64,000 bases of DNA from Dehalococcoidia bacterium (GTDB taxonomy: Bacteria > Chloroflexota > Dehalococcoidia > SM23-28-2 > HRBIN24). Made by a program: the position numbers and the translations under genes. The DNA is taken from assembly GCA_035574155.1 (NCBI GenBank), contig DATLZD010000045.1, forward strand, positions 741 to 64,740, read 5' to 3'. The notes under the pieces are model-generated. The model was not told where the DNA came from, did not search any database, and worked only from the letters and a program-made list of their open reading frames with translations. Each line of letters opens with the position of its first letter. The first letter of the stretch is position 1. This document shows positions 38,728 through 48,448 of the stretch, one piece after another.

Positions 38728-41700
38728 ATGATCGTCTTCTTGACGACGGCCGACACCGACCTGCAGGCCCTGTCAGGGGCCCTGGACCGCCTCCCCCCCG
38801 ACTTCCCGCCCGTCGTCGCCCGCCACGTCCGCCAGCTGGCCTCGCCCGAGGCGGTGGACTCCTTCGTCCAGTCGGTGGTCCAGCGCGCCTCCCTGGTCCT
38901 GGTCCGCCTCCTCGGGGGCAAACGGGCCTTCGAGGTCGGCATGGAGCGTCTGGCTACGTTATGTCGAGAAAACGGCATCCCCTTGGTGGCCTGTCCGGGA
39001 GAGGCGACCCGTGACCCGGCGCTGGAGGCCCTATGCACCGTGCCGGCACCGCTGGTCGCCCGCGCCTACGAGTACCTGGTCCACGGCGGCGCTGAGAACC
39101 TGCGCCACCTGCTCCTGTTCCTTAGCGACCGCCTCCTGGGCACCGAGTACGGCCACGGGCCGCCCAGCCCCCTCCCCTGGGACGGCGTCTACCGGCCCGG
39201 CGTGGGAGAAGTGCTCTCCTCGGCCGACTACCGCCGTCGCTACTGGCGTGGGGAGGGACCGCGGGTGGCCGTCCTCTTCTACCGCGCCCTCTGGGCCAGC
39301 GGGAACACCGAGGCCATCGATGCCCTGGTGGAGGCGATGGAGGAAAGGGGGGCCGACGTGCTGCCCGTCTTCTGCTACAGCCTGCGGGACGAGGCCAGCG
39401 GCCCGGGGCAACTGCCCCTGGCCCTCCGCCGTCACCTCCTGGACGACGATGGGCGTCCCCTGGTGGAGTGCATCGTCTCCACCCTCAGCTTCGCCCTAGC
39501 CCGTGACGACCCCGACGTCACCGCCCGCGCCCTAGCAGCCCTGGACGTCCCCATCGTCCAGGCAGTCCTGTCCACCACTTCCCGGCAGGAGTGGGAGGAG
39601 AGCGCCGTCGGCCTCTCGCCCCTCGACGTGGCTATGAACGTGGCCCTGCCCGAGCTCGACGGACGCATCATTTCCCTGCCCATCGGCTTCAAGGAGGAGC
39701 GTCCCGACCCCCGTCTGGGAGTGACGGTGGCCCGCGCTGTCCCCCATCCCGAGCTGGTGGCCATAGTCGCCCGGCAGGCCCTGCGCTGGGCGGAGCTGCG
39801 CCGCAAGCCCAACGCCGAGAAGCGCATCGCCATAGTCCTCAGCAACTATCCCACCCGCAGCGCCCGCGCCGGCAACGCGGTGGGCCTCGATACCCCCGCC
39901 TCGGCCGTCCGACTCCTGGCAGCCCTGCGCGAGGCGGGGTACCGGGTGCCGGAGGTGCCAGCCGACGGCGACCAGCTCATGCGGCGGCTGCTGGCCACGG
40001 GCAGCTACGACCGAGAGCACCTGACGGAGGGGCACCTGGCCAACGCGCCCGGGCAGGTGAGCGAGGCCCAGTACCGGCGCTGGTTCCAAGAGCTGCCTGG
40101 GGCGCTCCAACGGGAGGTGGAGAGTGCCTGGGGGCCGCCACCGGGCCAGGTCTACCGTGCCGACGGCGGCCTGGCCATTCCCGGCCTGGTGCTGGGCAAC
40201 GTCTACCTGGGGCTGCAGCCGCCCCGCGGCTTCGGCGAGGACCCCATGGCCGTCTACCACAGCCCCGACCTGCCGCCCACCCACCACTACCTAGCCTTCT
40301 ACCGCTGGCTGCGGGACGGCTTCGCCGCCGACGCCGTCGTCCACCTGGGCAAGCACGGCACCCTGGAGTGGCTGCCGGGCAAGGGCATCGGGCTATCGCC
40401 CGAATGCTATCCGGTCGCCTGTCTGCCTGACCTGCCCCTGTTCTACCCCTTCATCGTCAACGACCCCGGTGAGGGCGCCCAGGCAAAGCGCCGCGCCCAC
40501 GCCGTGATCATCGACCACCTGATGCCGCCCATGACTGCCGCTGGGACATACGGAGACCTGGCACGGCTGGAGCAGCTCATGGACGAGTATGCCCGTGCCC
40601 AGGCCATGGACCCGGCCAAGCTCCCCCTCGTGCGCGCCCAGATCTGGGAGCTGGTGGAGAGGTCCAACCTCCACCGCGACCTGGGGGTGGAACGAGAGCC
40701 GGAGGACTTCGACTCCTTCCTGCTGCACGTGGACGGCTACATCTGCGAGCTGAAGGACGCCATCATCCGCGGTGGGCTGCACGTGCTGGGGGAGCTGCCC
40801 CGGGGCGATGCCCTCATCGACACCCTGCTGGCCCTGACCAGGCTGGACAACGGCGACGTCCCCTCCCTGCGGCGGGCAGTGGCCGAGGCCGTGGGCGTGC
40901 CCTACCAGGACTTGCGCGCCGACCTGGGCATGCCCTATGACGGCCCCCAGGCCGACGCCCTGAGGTCCCTCGGCCTGCCGCTGCGGACCCGCGGCGACGC
41001 CCTGGCAGCGGTGGACGCCCTCTGCCGTCGACTGCTGGAGGCCCTCCAGTCCCGCGGCTTCGAGGCCTCCGCCGTCGCCGACGCCCAACGGCAGGTCCTG
41101 GGGGGCGTCCATGATGGGGTATCGCGGACACTACAGCACATCTGCAGCAGGCTGGTGCCGGACCTGGAGCGCACCGGCGACGAGATAGGCAACCTGCTGC
41201 GGGGGCTGTCGGGCGGCTTCGTGCCCCCCGGCCCCAGCGGCTCGCCCACCCGCGGCATGGCCAACGTCCTGCCCACCGGCCGCAATTTCTATTCCCTGGA
41301 CCCGCGCTCTGTGCCGTCCCCCTTCGCCTGGGAGGTAGGCAGGGCGCTAGCCGAGGGGCTGGTCCAACGCTACCTGCGGGACGAGGGACGCTACCCCGAG
41401 ATGGTGGGGCTGGTGGTGTGGGGCACCGCCGTGATGCGGACCCACGGCGACGACATCGCCCAGGCCCTGGCGCTGCTGGGCGTCCGCCCTCGCTGGCGGG
41501 AGGAGGACGGCCGCGTCGTGGGCCTCGAGGTCATACCCTTGGAGGAGCTAGGGCGGCCCCGCATCGACGTCACCCTGCGCATCTCCGGCTTCTTCCGCGA
41601 CGCCTTCCCCAACCTGGTGGCCCTGCTGGACGAGGCCATCGAGACGGTGGCCAACCTGGACGAGCCCGACGAGATGAACTACGTCGCCCGCCACTACCGG

Positions 41701-42492
41701 CAGGACCTGGCCCGACGACTGGCCTCGGGGCAGGCCGAGGACGACGCCCGCTCCCGCGCCCTCTACCGCATCTTCGGCTCCAAGCCCGGGACCTACGGGG
41801 CCGGCATCCTGGCCGCCCTGGACGAGGGGAACTGGCGCACGGAGGAGGACCTGGCCAACATCTACATCGCCTGGGGCTCTTACGCCTACTCACGCCGTGC
41901 CCAGGGGGAGAGCGCGCCCTTGGAATTCCGCGAGCAGTTCGCCCGCATCGCCGTGGCCGCCAAGAACCAGGACAACCGCGAGCACGACATCTTCGACTCG
42001 GACGACTACCTGCAGTACCACGGCGGCATGGTGGCCACCGTGAAGGCCCTGACAGGGCGCCGCCCGCGGGCCTACTTCGGCGACTCAGCGGACCCCTCCC
42101 TGCCGCGGGTCCGCGACCTGGCCGAGGAGGCGCGCCGGGTCTTCCGCACGCGGGTGGTGAACCCCAAATGGCTGCAGGCCATGATGGCCCACGGCTACAA
42201 GGGGGCTTTCGAGCTGGCAGCCACCGTGGACTACCTGTTCGGCTACGACGCCACCGCCGGCGTGGTGGACGACTGGATGTATGCCGAGGTGGCCCGCACC
42301 TATGCCCTCGACCCGCAGGTCCAGGAGTTCTTCCGCCGGAGCAACCCCTGGGCGCTGCGGGACATCGCCGCCCGCCTGCTGGAGGCAGCTTCGCGGGGCC
42401 TTTGGGAGTCGCCTCCCCCGGAGACGCTGGAGGCCCTGCGCCGCGTCTATCTGGAGACCGATGCCCTGCTGGAGGAGGCCGATGACCGCTGA
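38728..42492 (+). CDS. cobN: cobaltochelatase subunit CobN
   Basis: 1254 aa, CobN/Mg-chelatase H family. Confidence 0.9.
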   Translation: MIVFLTTADTDLQALSGALDRLPPDFPPVVARHVRQLASPEAVDSFVQSVVQRASLVLVRLLGGKRAFEVGMERLATLCRENGIPLVACPGEATRDPALEALCTVPAPLVARAYEYLVHGGAENLRHLLLFLSDRLLGTEYGHGPPSPLPWDGVYRPGVGEVLSSADYRRRYWRGEGPRVAVLFYRALWASGNTEAIDALVEAMEERGADVLPVFCYSLRDEASGPGQLPLALRRHLLDDDGRPLVECIVSTLSFALARDDPDVTARALAALDVPIVQAVLSTTSRQEWEESAVGLSPLDVAMNVALPELDGRIISLPIGFKEERPDPRLGVTVARAVPHPELVAIVARQALRWAELRRKPNAEKRIAIVLSNYPTRSARAGNAVGLDTPASAVRLLAALREAGYRVPEVPADGDQLMRRLLATGSYDREHLTEGHLANAPGQVSEAQYRRWFQELPGALQREVESAWGPPPGQVYRADGGLAIPGLVLGNVYLGLQPPRGFGEDPMAVYHSPDLPPTHHYLAFYRWLRDGFAADAVVHLGKHGTLEWLPGKGIGLSPECYPVACLPDLPLFYPFIVNDPGEGAQAKRRAHAVIIDHLMPPMTAAGTYGDLARLEQLMDEYARAQAMDPAKLPLVRAQIWELVERSNLHRDLGVEREPEDFDSFLLHVDGYICELKDAIIRGGLHVLGELPRGDALIDTLLALTRLDNGDVPSLRRAVAEAVGVPYQDLRADLGMPYDGPQADALRSLGLPLRTRGDALAAVDALCRRLLEALQSRGFEASAVADAQRQVLGGVHDGVSRTLQHICSRLVPDLERTGDEIGNLLRGLSGGFVPPGPSGSPTRGMANVLPTGRNFYSLDPRSVPSPFAWEVGRALAEGLVQRYLRDEGRYPEMVGLVVWGTAVMRTHGDDIAQALALLGVRPRWREEDGRVVGLEVIPLEELGRPRIDVTLRISGFFRDAFPNLVALLDEAIETVANLDEPDEMNYVARHYRQDLARRLASGQAEDDARSRALYRIFGSKPGTYGAGILAALDEGNWRTEEDLANIYIAWGSYAYSRRAQGESAPLEFREQFARIAVAAKNQDNREHDIFDSDDYLQYHGGMVATVKALTGRRPRAYFGDSADPSLPRVRDLAEEARRVFRTRVVNPKWLQAMMAHGYKGAFELAATVDYLFGYDATAGVVDDWMYAEVARTYALDPQVQEFFRRSNPWALRDIAARLLEAASRGLWESPPPETLEALRRVYLETDALLEEADDR

Positions 42493-44374
42493 CCGGGGCC
42501 CGACCTTCCCCTTCACCGCCATCGTGGGGCAGGAGCGGATGAAGCTGGCCCTCTTGCTGGCAGCGGTGGACCCTGGCATCGGCGGCGTCCTCATCCGCGG
42601 CCACAAGGGGACGGCCAAGTCCACAGCGGTGCGGGCGCTGGCCAGCGTCCTACCACCCATCGAGGTGGTGGACGGGTGTCCCTTCTCGTGCCACCCACGG
42701 GCCCCGCAAGGGCTCTGCGGCCTCTGCCAGGGAGACGGACCGCCACCGGCCACGGTGCGCCCGGCCCGCCTGGTGGACCTGCCCATGGGCGCCACCGAGG
42801 ACCGGGTGTTGGGCACCCTGGACATCGAGGCCGCCCTCAAGGAAGGGGAGCGGCGCTTCCAGCCAGGGCTGCTGGCACAGGCCCATCGCGGCGTCCTCTA
42901 CATCGACGAGGTGAACCTGCTGCCCGACCACCTGGTGGACGTGCTGCTGGATGCCGCCGCCATGGGCATCAACTACGTAGAGCGGGAGGGCGTGTCCTTC
43001 TCCCATCAGGCCCGCTTCGTGCTGGTGGGCACCATGAACCCGGAGGAGGGGGAGGTGCGCCCCCAGCTCCTGGACCGCTTCGGCCTGGCGGCCGAGGTGG
43101 AGGAGCTCACCGACCCCGCCCTGCGGGCCGAGGTGGTCCGGAGACGTCTGGAGTTCGACCGCGACCCGGAGGGCTTCCTCGCCCGCTGGCGTCCCGAGGA
43201 GGAGGCCCTGCGCCGCCGCCTGGCCGATGCCCAGGCCCTGCTGCCCTCGGTCCGGGCGGAGGAAGGGCTGCTGGAGCACATCGCCGGCCTCTGCCTGGCC
43301 CACCGCGTCGAGGGGATGCGGGCGGACATCGTCATCTACCGGGCGGCCCTGGCCCACGCTGCCTTAAATGGGCGCCGGCACGCGCGGGCCGAGGACGTGG
43401 AGGCGGTGGCGCCCCTGGCCCTCCTGCACCGGGGGCGCCCACCCGAGGGCCCATCGCCGGCCTTTCCGCCGCCGCCACCACCGCCTGCGGACACGGGCCA
43501 TCGCCCATCGCCCGGCCCAGGGGGCGCTGGGGGGGAAAGGCACGTCCCGCCGGCCCCGTCCGCAGCCCCCTCGCTCCTGCTTAAGGAGGACAGACCGCCC
43601 CCCTCACCACGGTTGGGCCGGAGGGCCGTGGTGACGGGCGTCCCGAGCCACGGCCGCTACGTATCGGCCCGGCTTCCCCGTGGGCGCGTCGCCGATCTGG
43701 CCTTGGACGCCACCCTGCGGGCGGCGGCCCAGCGGGGCGCCCGCGTACACCGGGGCCTGGGGCTGCGGCTACGGCCCGAAGACCTGCGGGTGAAGGTGCG
43801 GGAGGGGCGGGTGGGGGCCCTCCTGGCCTTCGTGGTGGACGCCAGCGGCTCCATGGCCGCCCGTCACCGCCTGGCCGCCGTCAAGGGGGCTGCCCTGGAG
43901 CTGCTGGCCGATGCCTACCGGCGTCGCGACCGCGTGGCGGTGGTGTGTGCCCGCGGCAGTGGGGCACAGGTGGTGCTGCCCCCCACGGGCAGCCTGGAGC
44001 GGGCGCGACGGCTGCTGACATCGCTGCCCGCCGGCGGCGCCACCCCCCTGGCGGCGGGCCTGGCGCGGGCCGCCTGGCTGCTGGAGCGGCACCGGCGCAC
44101 CCACCCCCGCGCCCCCTGCCTTCTGGTGCTCGCCACCGACGGTCGGGCCAACCGCTCCCTGCACGGTGGCGACCCGTATGCCGAGGCCATCGCCCAGGCC
44201 GAGGCCCTGCGGCAGCGGGGGTTCAAGGCGGTGGTCCTGGACGTCGAGGGCGGCGCCCCTTTCTCCCTGGGACTGACGCGAGGGCTGGCCCGTGCCCTGG
44301 GCGCACCCTGCGTGCCCGTCGGCCCCGGCGACGGCCAGGCGTTGGCACGGGCCATCCGCGTGGTGCTGAGGTGA
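42482..44374 (+). CDS. chelatase ATPase, ChlI/ChlD-like (AAA+ domain, Pro-rich linker, VWA domain); putative CobN partner
   Basis: FPFTAIVGQERMKLALLL...GHKGTAKST (Walker A), PPPPPPPADTG linker, and a VWA MIDAS motif VVDASGSMAA. The start overlaps the cobN stop by 11 nt. Confidence 0.8.
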   Translation: MTADRGPTFPFTAIVGQERMKLALLLAAVDPGIGGVLIRGHKGTAKSTAVRALASVLPPIEVVDGCPFSCHPRAPQGLCGLCQGDGPPPATVRPARLVDLPMGATEDRVLGTLDIEAALKEGERRFQPGLLAQAHRGVLYIDEVNLLPDHLVDVLLDAAAMGINYVEREGVSFSHQARFVLVGTMNPEEGEVRPQLLDRFGLAAEVEELTDPALRAEVVRRRLEFDRDPEGFLARWRPEEEALRRRLADAQALLPSVRAEEGLLEHIAGLCLAHRVEGMRADIVIYRAALAHAALNGRRHARAEDVEAVAPLALLHRGRPPEGPSPAFPPPPPPPADTGHRPSPGPGGAGGERHVPPAPSAAPSLLLKEDRPPPSPRLGRRAVVTGVPSHGRYVSARLPRGRVADLALDATLRAAAQRGARVHRGLGLRLRPEDLRVKVREGRVGALLAFVVDASGSMAARHRLAAVKGAALELLADAYRRRDRVAVVCARGSGAQVVLPPTGSLERARRLLTSLPAGGATPLAAGLARAAWLLERHRRTHPRAPCLLVLATDGRANRSLHGGDPYAEAIAQAEALRQRGFKAVVLDVEGGAPFSLGLTRGLARALGAPCVPVGPGDGQALARAIRVVLR

Positions 44375-44377
44375 GCC

Positions 44378-45055
44378 GTGGGCCTGCTGGACCGCTACCG
44401 GGCATCGCCGCAGGAGATATACCAGCGGGGGCTAGCCGCCGCCCGCTCCCTGCTGCCGCCGCTGTCCCTGTCGCCGGCTGAGGAGGAGGTCGCCCTGCAG
44501 CTGCTGAGGGCCACCGGCGACCCCGCGCTGCCAACGCTGCTGCGCTTCTCGCCCGGGGCAGTCGAGGCGGGTGTGCTGGCGCTACGGTCAGGGGCGGGCA
44601 TCGTGGCCGACTCCCATGTCACTCTGGCAGGCATCGACCGCCAAGCAGCCATGGAGCTGGGCTGCCCCCTCATGTGCACCCTCGATGTCGCAGGGGCAGA
44701 GAGGGAGGCCTCGAGGCGGGGCATCACCCGCTCGGCAGCAGCCATGCTGCTATCGGCGGAGGCCCTCCGGGGAGCCGTGGTGGCGGTGGGGACCGCTCCC
44801 ACCGCTCTGCTGGCCCTCCTCGACCTGGTCGACGGAGGGCTGGCGAGGCCGTCCCTGGTCGTCGGGGCGTCGGTGGGGCTGGTGCTGGCCCCCGAGGCCA
44901 AGGAGGAGCTGATGGCCCGTTCGCTGCCCTACATTGCCATTGCCGGCACGCGCGGCGGCGGAGGGGCGGCCGCCGCCATCGTCAACGCGCTGCTGGGCCT
45001 GGCCAGGGCCAAGACAGCGCGCACCGGCCCGGCCCGCGGGAAGGAGGTGGGATGA
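44378..45055 (+). CDS. cobH: precorrin-8X methylmutase (CobH/CbiC)
   Basis: EIYQRGLAAARSLLPP...GAGIVADSHVTLAGI..., CbiC family. Confidence 0.8.
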   Translation: MGLLDRYRASPQEIYQRGLAAARSLLPPLSLSPAEEEVALQLLRATGDPALPTLLRFSPGAVEAGVLALRSGAGIVADSHVTLAGIDRQAAMELGCPLMCTLDVAGAEREASRRGITRSAAAMLLSAEALRGAVVAVGTAPTALLALLDLVDGGLARPSLVVGASVGLVLAPEAKEELMARSLPYIAIAGTRGGGGAAAAIVNALLGLARAKTARTGPARGKEVG

Positions 45056-45110
45056 CTACGCCCGTCGGCACCCGAACCGACATCCGCAGCTGCCAAGTAG
45101 GAGGGACGCC

Positions 45111-45329
45111 ATGAGGTTGTTAGCACAGGTCCGAGAATGGAGCGAGGCGTCGGCCGATGTGTGGCTGGCCTGGGGGGCCATCCTCCTGGGGCTTCTGGGC
45201 CTCTACCTGGTGGGGATGGACCAGGGGATGGCCCTGGGCGCCTTCCTGGGCGAGGTGGCCATGCGTTCCAACTGGCTCCACGAGCTGTTCCACGACGCCC
45301 GTCACACGGCCGGGTTCCCCTGCCACTAG
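45111..45329 (+). CDS. cbtB: cobalt transporter subunit CbtB
   Basis: 72 aa with a single TM helix and C-terminal LHELFHDARHTAGFPCH, the CbtB signature. ATG preceded by TAGGAGGG. Confidence 0.7.
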   Translation: MRLLAQVREWSEASADVWLAWGAILLGLLGLYLVGMDQGMALGAFLGEVAMRSNWLHELFHDARHTAGFPCH

Positions 45330-45332
45330 GAC

Positions 45333-46052
45333 ATGGCCACATCGACGCTGGCCCAGAACCTGAAAGCCGCCCTAGGCGCTGGTGCCCTGGCCGGCATGCT
45401 GGTGGCCCTCTATCACTTCCTGGCCACCGAGCCGGTGTTGCAGGAGGCTATCGGCCGGGAGGCGGCCCTGGGGCCCGTGCAGGAGGTCTTCCCCCGCTCC
45501 GTGCAGCGGCTGGGGCTGTTCGGCGGCTTCCTGCTCTACGGCCTCTCCTGGGGGCTCATCTTCGCTGGCTCCTACTCCCTGTTGGAGCGGCACCTGCCCG
45601 GCCGCGCGCCCTGGCAGCGTGGCCTAGCCCTGGCCCTGGGGCTGATGTGGTCGGTGGCCATCTTTCCCTTCCTCAAGTTCCCAGCCAACCCGCCGGGCGT
45701 GGGCGACGAGGCCACGGTGGAGGCGCGACAGGCCGGGTACCTGCTGTTCACGGTCCTGTCGGCGGCGGCGCTCCTGGTCGCCTGGCGGCTGGCCAGGGGC
45801 GGGTCGCCACGACGGCTGGCCCTAGCCCTGGGCCTGTACGCCGTCGCCTGCCTGCTGCTCTACTTCATGGTGCCGAAACCCCATGACGAGGTGCCCGCCG
45901 GCCTTTCGGACCTGCTGCCCCGTTTCCGCGCCCTGTCTGCGGGCGGGCTGGCCCTCTTCTGGCTGGTGGTAGGAGGTGGCTTTGGTCCCCTGCACGTGGC
46001 CTTCGCCCCCGACGGGCAGACGGCCAGGGGTCATCCTGCTGGCCCACGGTAG
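45333..46052 (+). CDS. cbtA: cobalt transporter subunit CbtA
   Basis: 239-aa multi-TM protein immediately after cbtB, CbtA-like. Confidence 0.6.
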   Translation: MATSTLAQNLKAALGAGALAGMLVALYHFLATEPVLQEAIGREAALGPVQEVFPRSVQRLGLFGGFLLYGLSWGLIFAGSYSLLERHLPGRAPWQRGLALALGLMWSVAIFPFLKFPANPPGVGDEATVEARQAGYLLFTVLSAAALLVAWRLARGGSPRRLALALGLYAVACLLLYFMVPKPHDEVPAGLSDLLPRFRALSAGGLALFWLVVGGGFGPLHVAFAPDGQTARGHPAGPR

Positions 46053-46776
46053 CCGTCGCGGCGACGACACTCCCCGTGGGGCGTCAGCCCTGGCCCATGA
46101 GCTGTCGCGGCGGCTGGGCGGCCTGCCGGTGACGGTGGCCTACCTGGAGGCGCTGACCCCCTCGCCGCCCGAGGCCGCCCGCCTGCTGTTGGCCCAGGGC
46201 GTGGACCTGCTGGTGGTCCAGCCCCTGCTCCTCGGGGAGGGACAGCACCGACAGGAGGCGTGCGCTGTCGCCAGGGAGCTGGCACGGCTCTGGCCCGGCC
46301 TGGAAGTCCTCAGCGGGCGTCCCCTGGCCCGCCATCCCCTGCTGGCCTCGCTGGTGGCCCGCAGGGCCGAGGCCCTGCTCAGGGGACAGCGCCAGCCCTG
46401 GGGACTGCTGCTGGTCAAGGCCTACACCCGCTACAACGGCGGCGACCTGGGCTGGGCACAGTCGCTGGCCGAGGCGGCGGCCGAAGCCCTCGCTGGGGAG
46501 TGCCGCGCCGCCGTGGCCCAGTCGGGTCCCGGGCCGCCCACGCTGGCCGAGGCGGGGGAGGAGCTGCTGCCCCACGTGTCCACGCTCCTGGTCTTTCCCT
46601 GCCTCCTGTTCCGGGGCAAGATATGGGAGCAGGACGTGGTGCCGGCCGTCGAGGACCTGAGGCGACGTCATCCCCACAAGGGTATACTCCTCTCGGGGCC
46701 GCTGGGGCCCGACCAGGCCGTGGCGACGATGCTGTGGGACCGGGTGAGGGAGGTGCTGGCGGGATGTCGCAGGTGA
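45976..46776 (+). CDS. cbiX: sirohydrochlorin cobaltochelatase CbiX-like (the start overlaps cbtA)
   Basis: GVILLAHGSRRGD...LVVQPLLLGEGQH..., CbiX family. The only in-frame start is the ATG at 45976, which overlaps cbtA by 77 nt. Confidence 0.65.
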   Translation: MALVPCTWPSPPTGRRPGVILLAHGSRRGDDTPRGASALAHELSRRLGGLPVTVAYLEALTPSPPEAARLLLAQGVDLLVVQPLLLGEGQHRQEACAVARELARLWPGLEVLSGRPLARHPLLASLVARRAEALLRGQRQPWGLLLVKAYTRYNGGDLGWAQSLAEAAAEALAGECRAAVAQSGPGPPTLAEAGEELLPHVSTLLVFPCLLFRGKIWEQDVVPAVEDLRRRHPHKGILLSGPLGPDQAVATMLWDRVREVLAGCRR

Positions 46777-47858
46777 GGCGACGGGGCCTGCGCCGGGGCT
46801 ACACCACCGGCACCTGCGCCGCCGCCGCTGCTAAGGCCGCCGCCATCGCCCTCGCCACCGGCCGGGCGCCGCAGCAGGTGACGGTGCGCCTGCCTGTGGG
46901 CCAGGAGGCGACGCTATCGGTGCACCGGGCGGAGCTGGGCGACGGCCGCGCCACCTGCTCCGTGGTCAAGGACGCGGGCGACGACCCCGACGTGACCCAC
47001 GGCGCCGAGATCTGCGCCACCGTTTCCTGGGCGGAGCCGCCGGGGGCCGTCCACATCCGGGGCGGTCCGGGGGTGGGCACCGTCACCCGACCGGGGGTGG
47101 GCATCCCGGTGGGGGAGCCTGCCATAACCCGCGTGCCCCGCCGCATGATATCCGAATCGGCCCTGGAGGGGCTGGGGCCGCTGGCCAGCCAACGGGGGCT
47201 GACAGTAGAGATATGGGTGCCCGGGGGTGAGGAGATAGCCCAAAAGACCACCAACGCCCGCCTGGGCATCGTGGGGGGGATATCCATCCTGGGCACCACC
47301 GGCATCGTGGTGCCCTTCTCCACCGCCGCTTGGCGCGCCAGCGTGGAGATGGCCATCGACGTCGCGGCCGCCAACGGCCTGCGGCACATCGTCCTCAGCA
47401 CCGGCACCCAGAGCGAGGAGTTCGCGCGCCGGCTCCTCTCCCACCTGCCCGACATGGCCTTCGTGGAGGCGGGCATCTTCTTCGGCCCCGGCCTGAGAAG
47501 GGCCGCCCAGCGGGGCATCGGCCGTGTCACCCTGGCCGGGATGATCGGCAAGCTGTCGAAGGTGGCCCAGGGCAAGATGGTGACCCACGTGGCCGGCAAC
47601 CAGGTGGACACCGACTTCCTGGCGGGACTGGCCCTGGCCCTGGGCGCCCCCGAGAACCTGGTGGAGGCGGTGCGACGCGCCGCCAGCGCCCGTCACGCCC
47701 AGGAGCTGGTCCAGGCCCACGGCCTGGCCGGCTACTTCGACCTCCTCTGTCGCAAGGTGTGTGAGGCGGCCCACTCCTATGTGGGAGGGAGGCTGTCGGT
47801 GGAGTGCCTCTGTTTCGACCAAGACGGCCGACTGCTGGGGAGGGCCGACCTGGGATGA
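46764..47858 (+). CDS. cbiD: cobalt-precorrin-5B C1-methyltransferase
   Basis: LRRGYTTGTCAAAAAKAA...GGISILGTTGIVVPFS, CbiD. Confidence 0.85.
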   Translation: MSQVRRRGLRRGYTTGTCAAAAAKAAAIALATGRAPQQVTVRLPVGQEATLSVHRAELGDGRATCSVVKDAGDDPDVTHGAEICATVSWAEPPGAVHIRGGPGVGTVTRPGVGIPVGEPAITRVPRRMISESALEGLGPLASQRGLTVEIWVPGGEEIAQKTTNARLGIVGGISILGTTGIVVPFSTAAWRASVEMAIDVAAANGLRHIVLSTGTQSEEFARRLLSHLPDMAFVEAGIFFGPGLRRAAQRGIGRVTLAGMIGKLSKVAQGKMVTHVAGNQVDTDFLAGLALALGAPENLVEAVRRAASARHAQELVQAHGLAGYFDLLCRKVCEAAHSYVGGRLSVECLCFDQDGRLLGRADLG

Positions 47859-48448
47859 GGGGCCAGCAGCCCTTCCTGGGCATACCCGACGACGAGCTCC
47901 TGTCCCAGCCACCGGGCGTCATGACCAAGGAGGAGGTGCGGGCGGTGGCCCTGTTCAAGCTGCGTCTGAGGCCCGACTCCCTGGTCTGGGACGTGGGGGC
48001 TGGCAGCGGCTCCCTGGCCCTGGAGGCAGCGGTGGTGGCCCACCGGGGACACGTCTACGCCGTGGAGCGTCGCCCCCAGGCCCTGGCCGCCCTGCGCGGC
48101 AACCTGCAGCGCTTCCCCCGTCCCAACCTGACCGTCGTGGAGGGGGAGGCACCCGAAGCCCTCGATGGCCTGCCCGCACCCGATGCCGTCTTCGTGGGCG
48201 GCAGCGGCGGAAGGCTGGCGGAGATCCTCGCCTGCGCCGCCCAGCGACTGCGGCCGGGAGGGCGCATCGTGGTGGACCTGGCCACCCTGGAGAACCTGGA
48301 GCGGGCGCGTGCGGCCCTCGCCTGCCTGGGGCTACGGTTCCGGGTGACGGAGGTCCAGGTCGCGCGCTCGCGGGAGCTGGGGGGCCTCACGGGCCTGGAG
48401 GCCCTCAACCCCGTCTTCATCGTCTCGGCCTGGAAGGAGGAGTCATGA
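47855..48448 (+). CDS. cbiT: cobalt-precorrin-6B C15-methyltransferase (decarboxylating), CbiT subunit
   Basis: GVMTKEEVRAVALFKLRLRPDSLVWDVGAGSGSLALEAA... ATGA overlap with cbiD. Confidence 0.8.
   Translation: MRGQQPFLGIPDDELLSQPPGVMTKEEVRAVALFKLRLRPDSLVWDVGAGSGSLALEAAVVAHRGHVYAVERRPQALAALRGNLQRFPRPNLTVVEGEAPEALDGLPAPDAVFVGGSGGRLAEILACAAQRLRPGGRIVVDLATLENLERARAALACLGLRFRVTEVQVARSRELGGLTGLEALNPVFIVSAWKEES

Noticed and set aside
41418-42604. 355-aa plus-strand and 344-aa minus-strand ORFs inside cobN
   Set aside because: Alternative-frame and antisense ORFs within a 1254-aa gene of clear identity. Arg/Pro/Gly-rich.
44934-45110. N-terminal 59 codons of the 131-aa ORF containing cbtB
   Set aside because: This part overlaps the cobH 3' end and is Arg/Pro-rich. 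Only the C-terminal 72 aa, from the ATG at about 45111 with a good RBS, look like CbtB.
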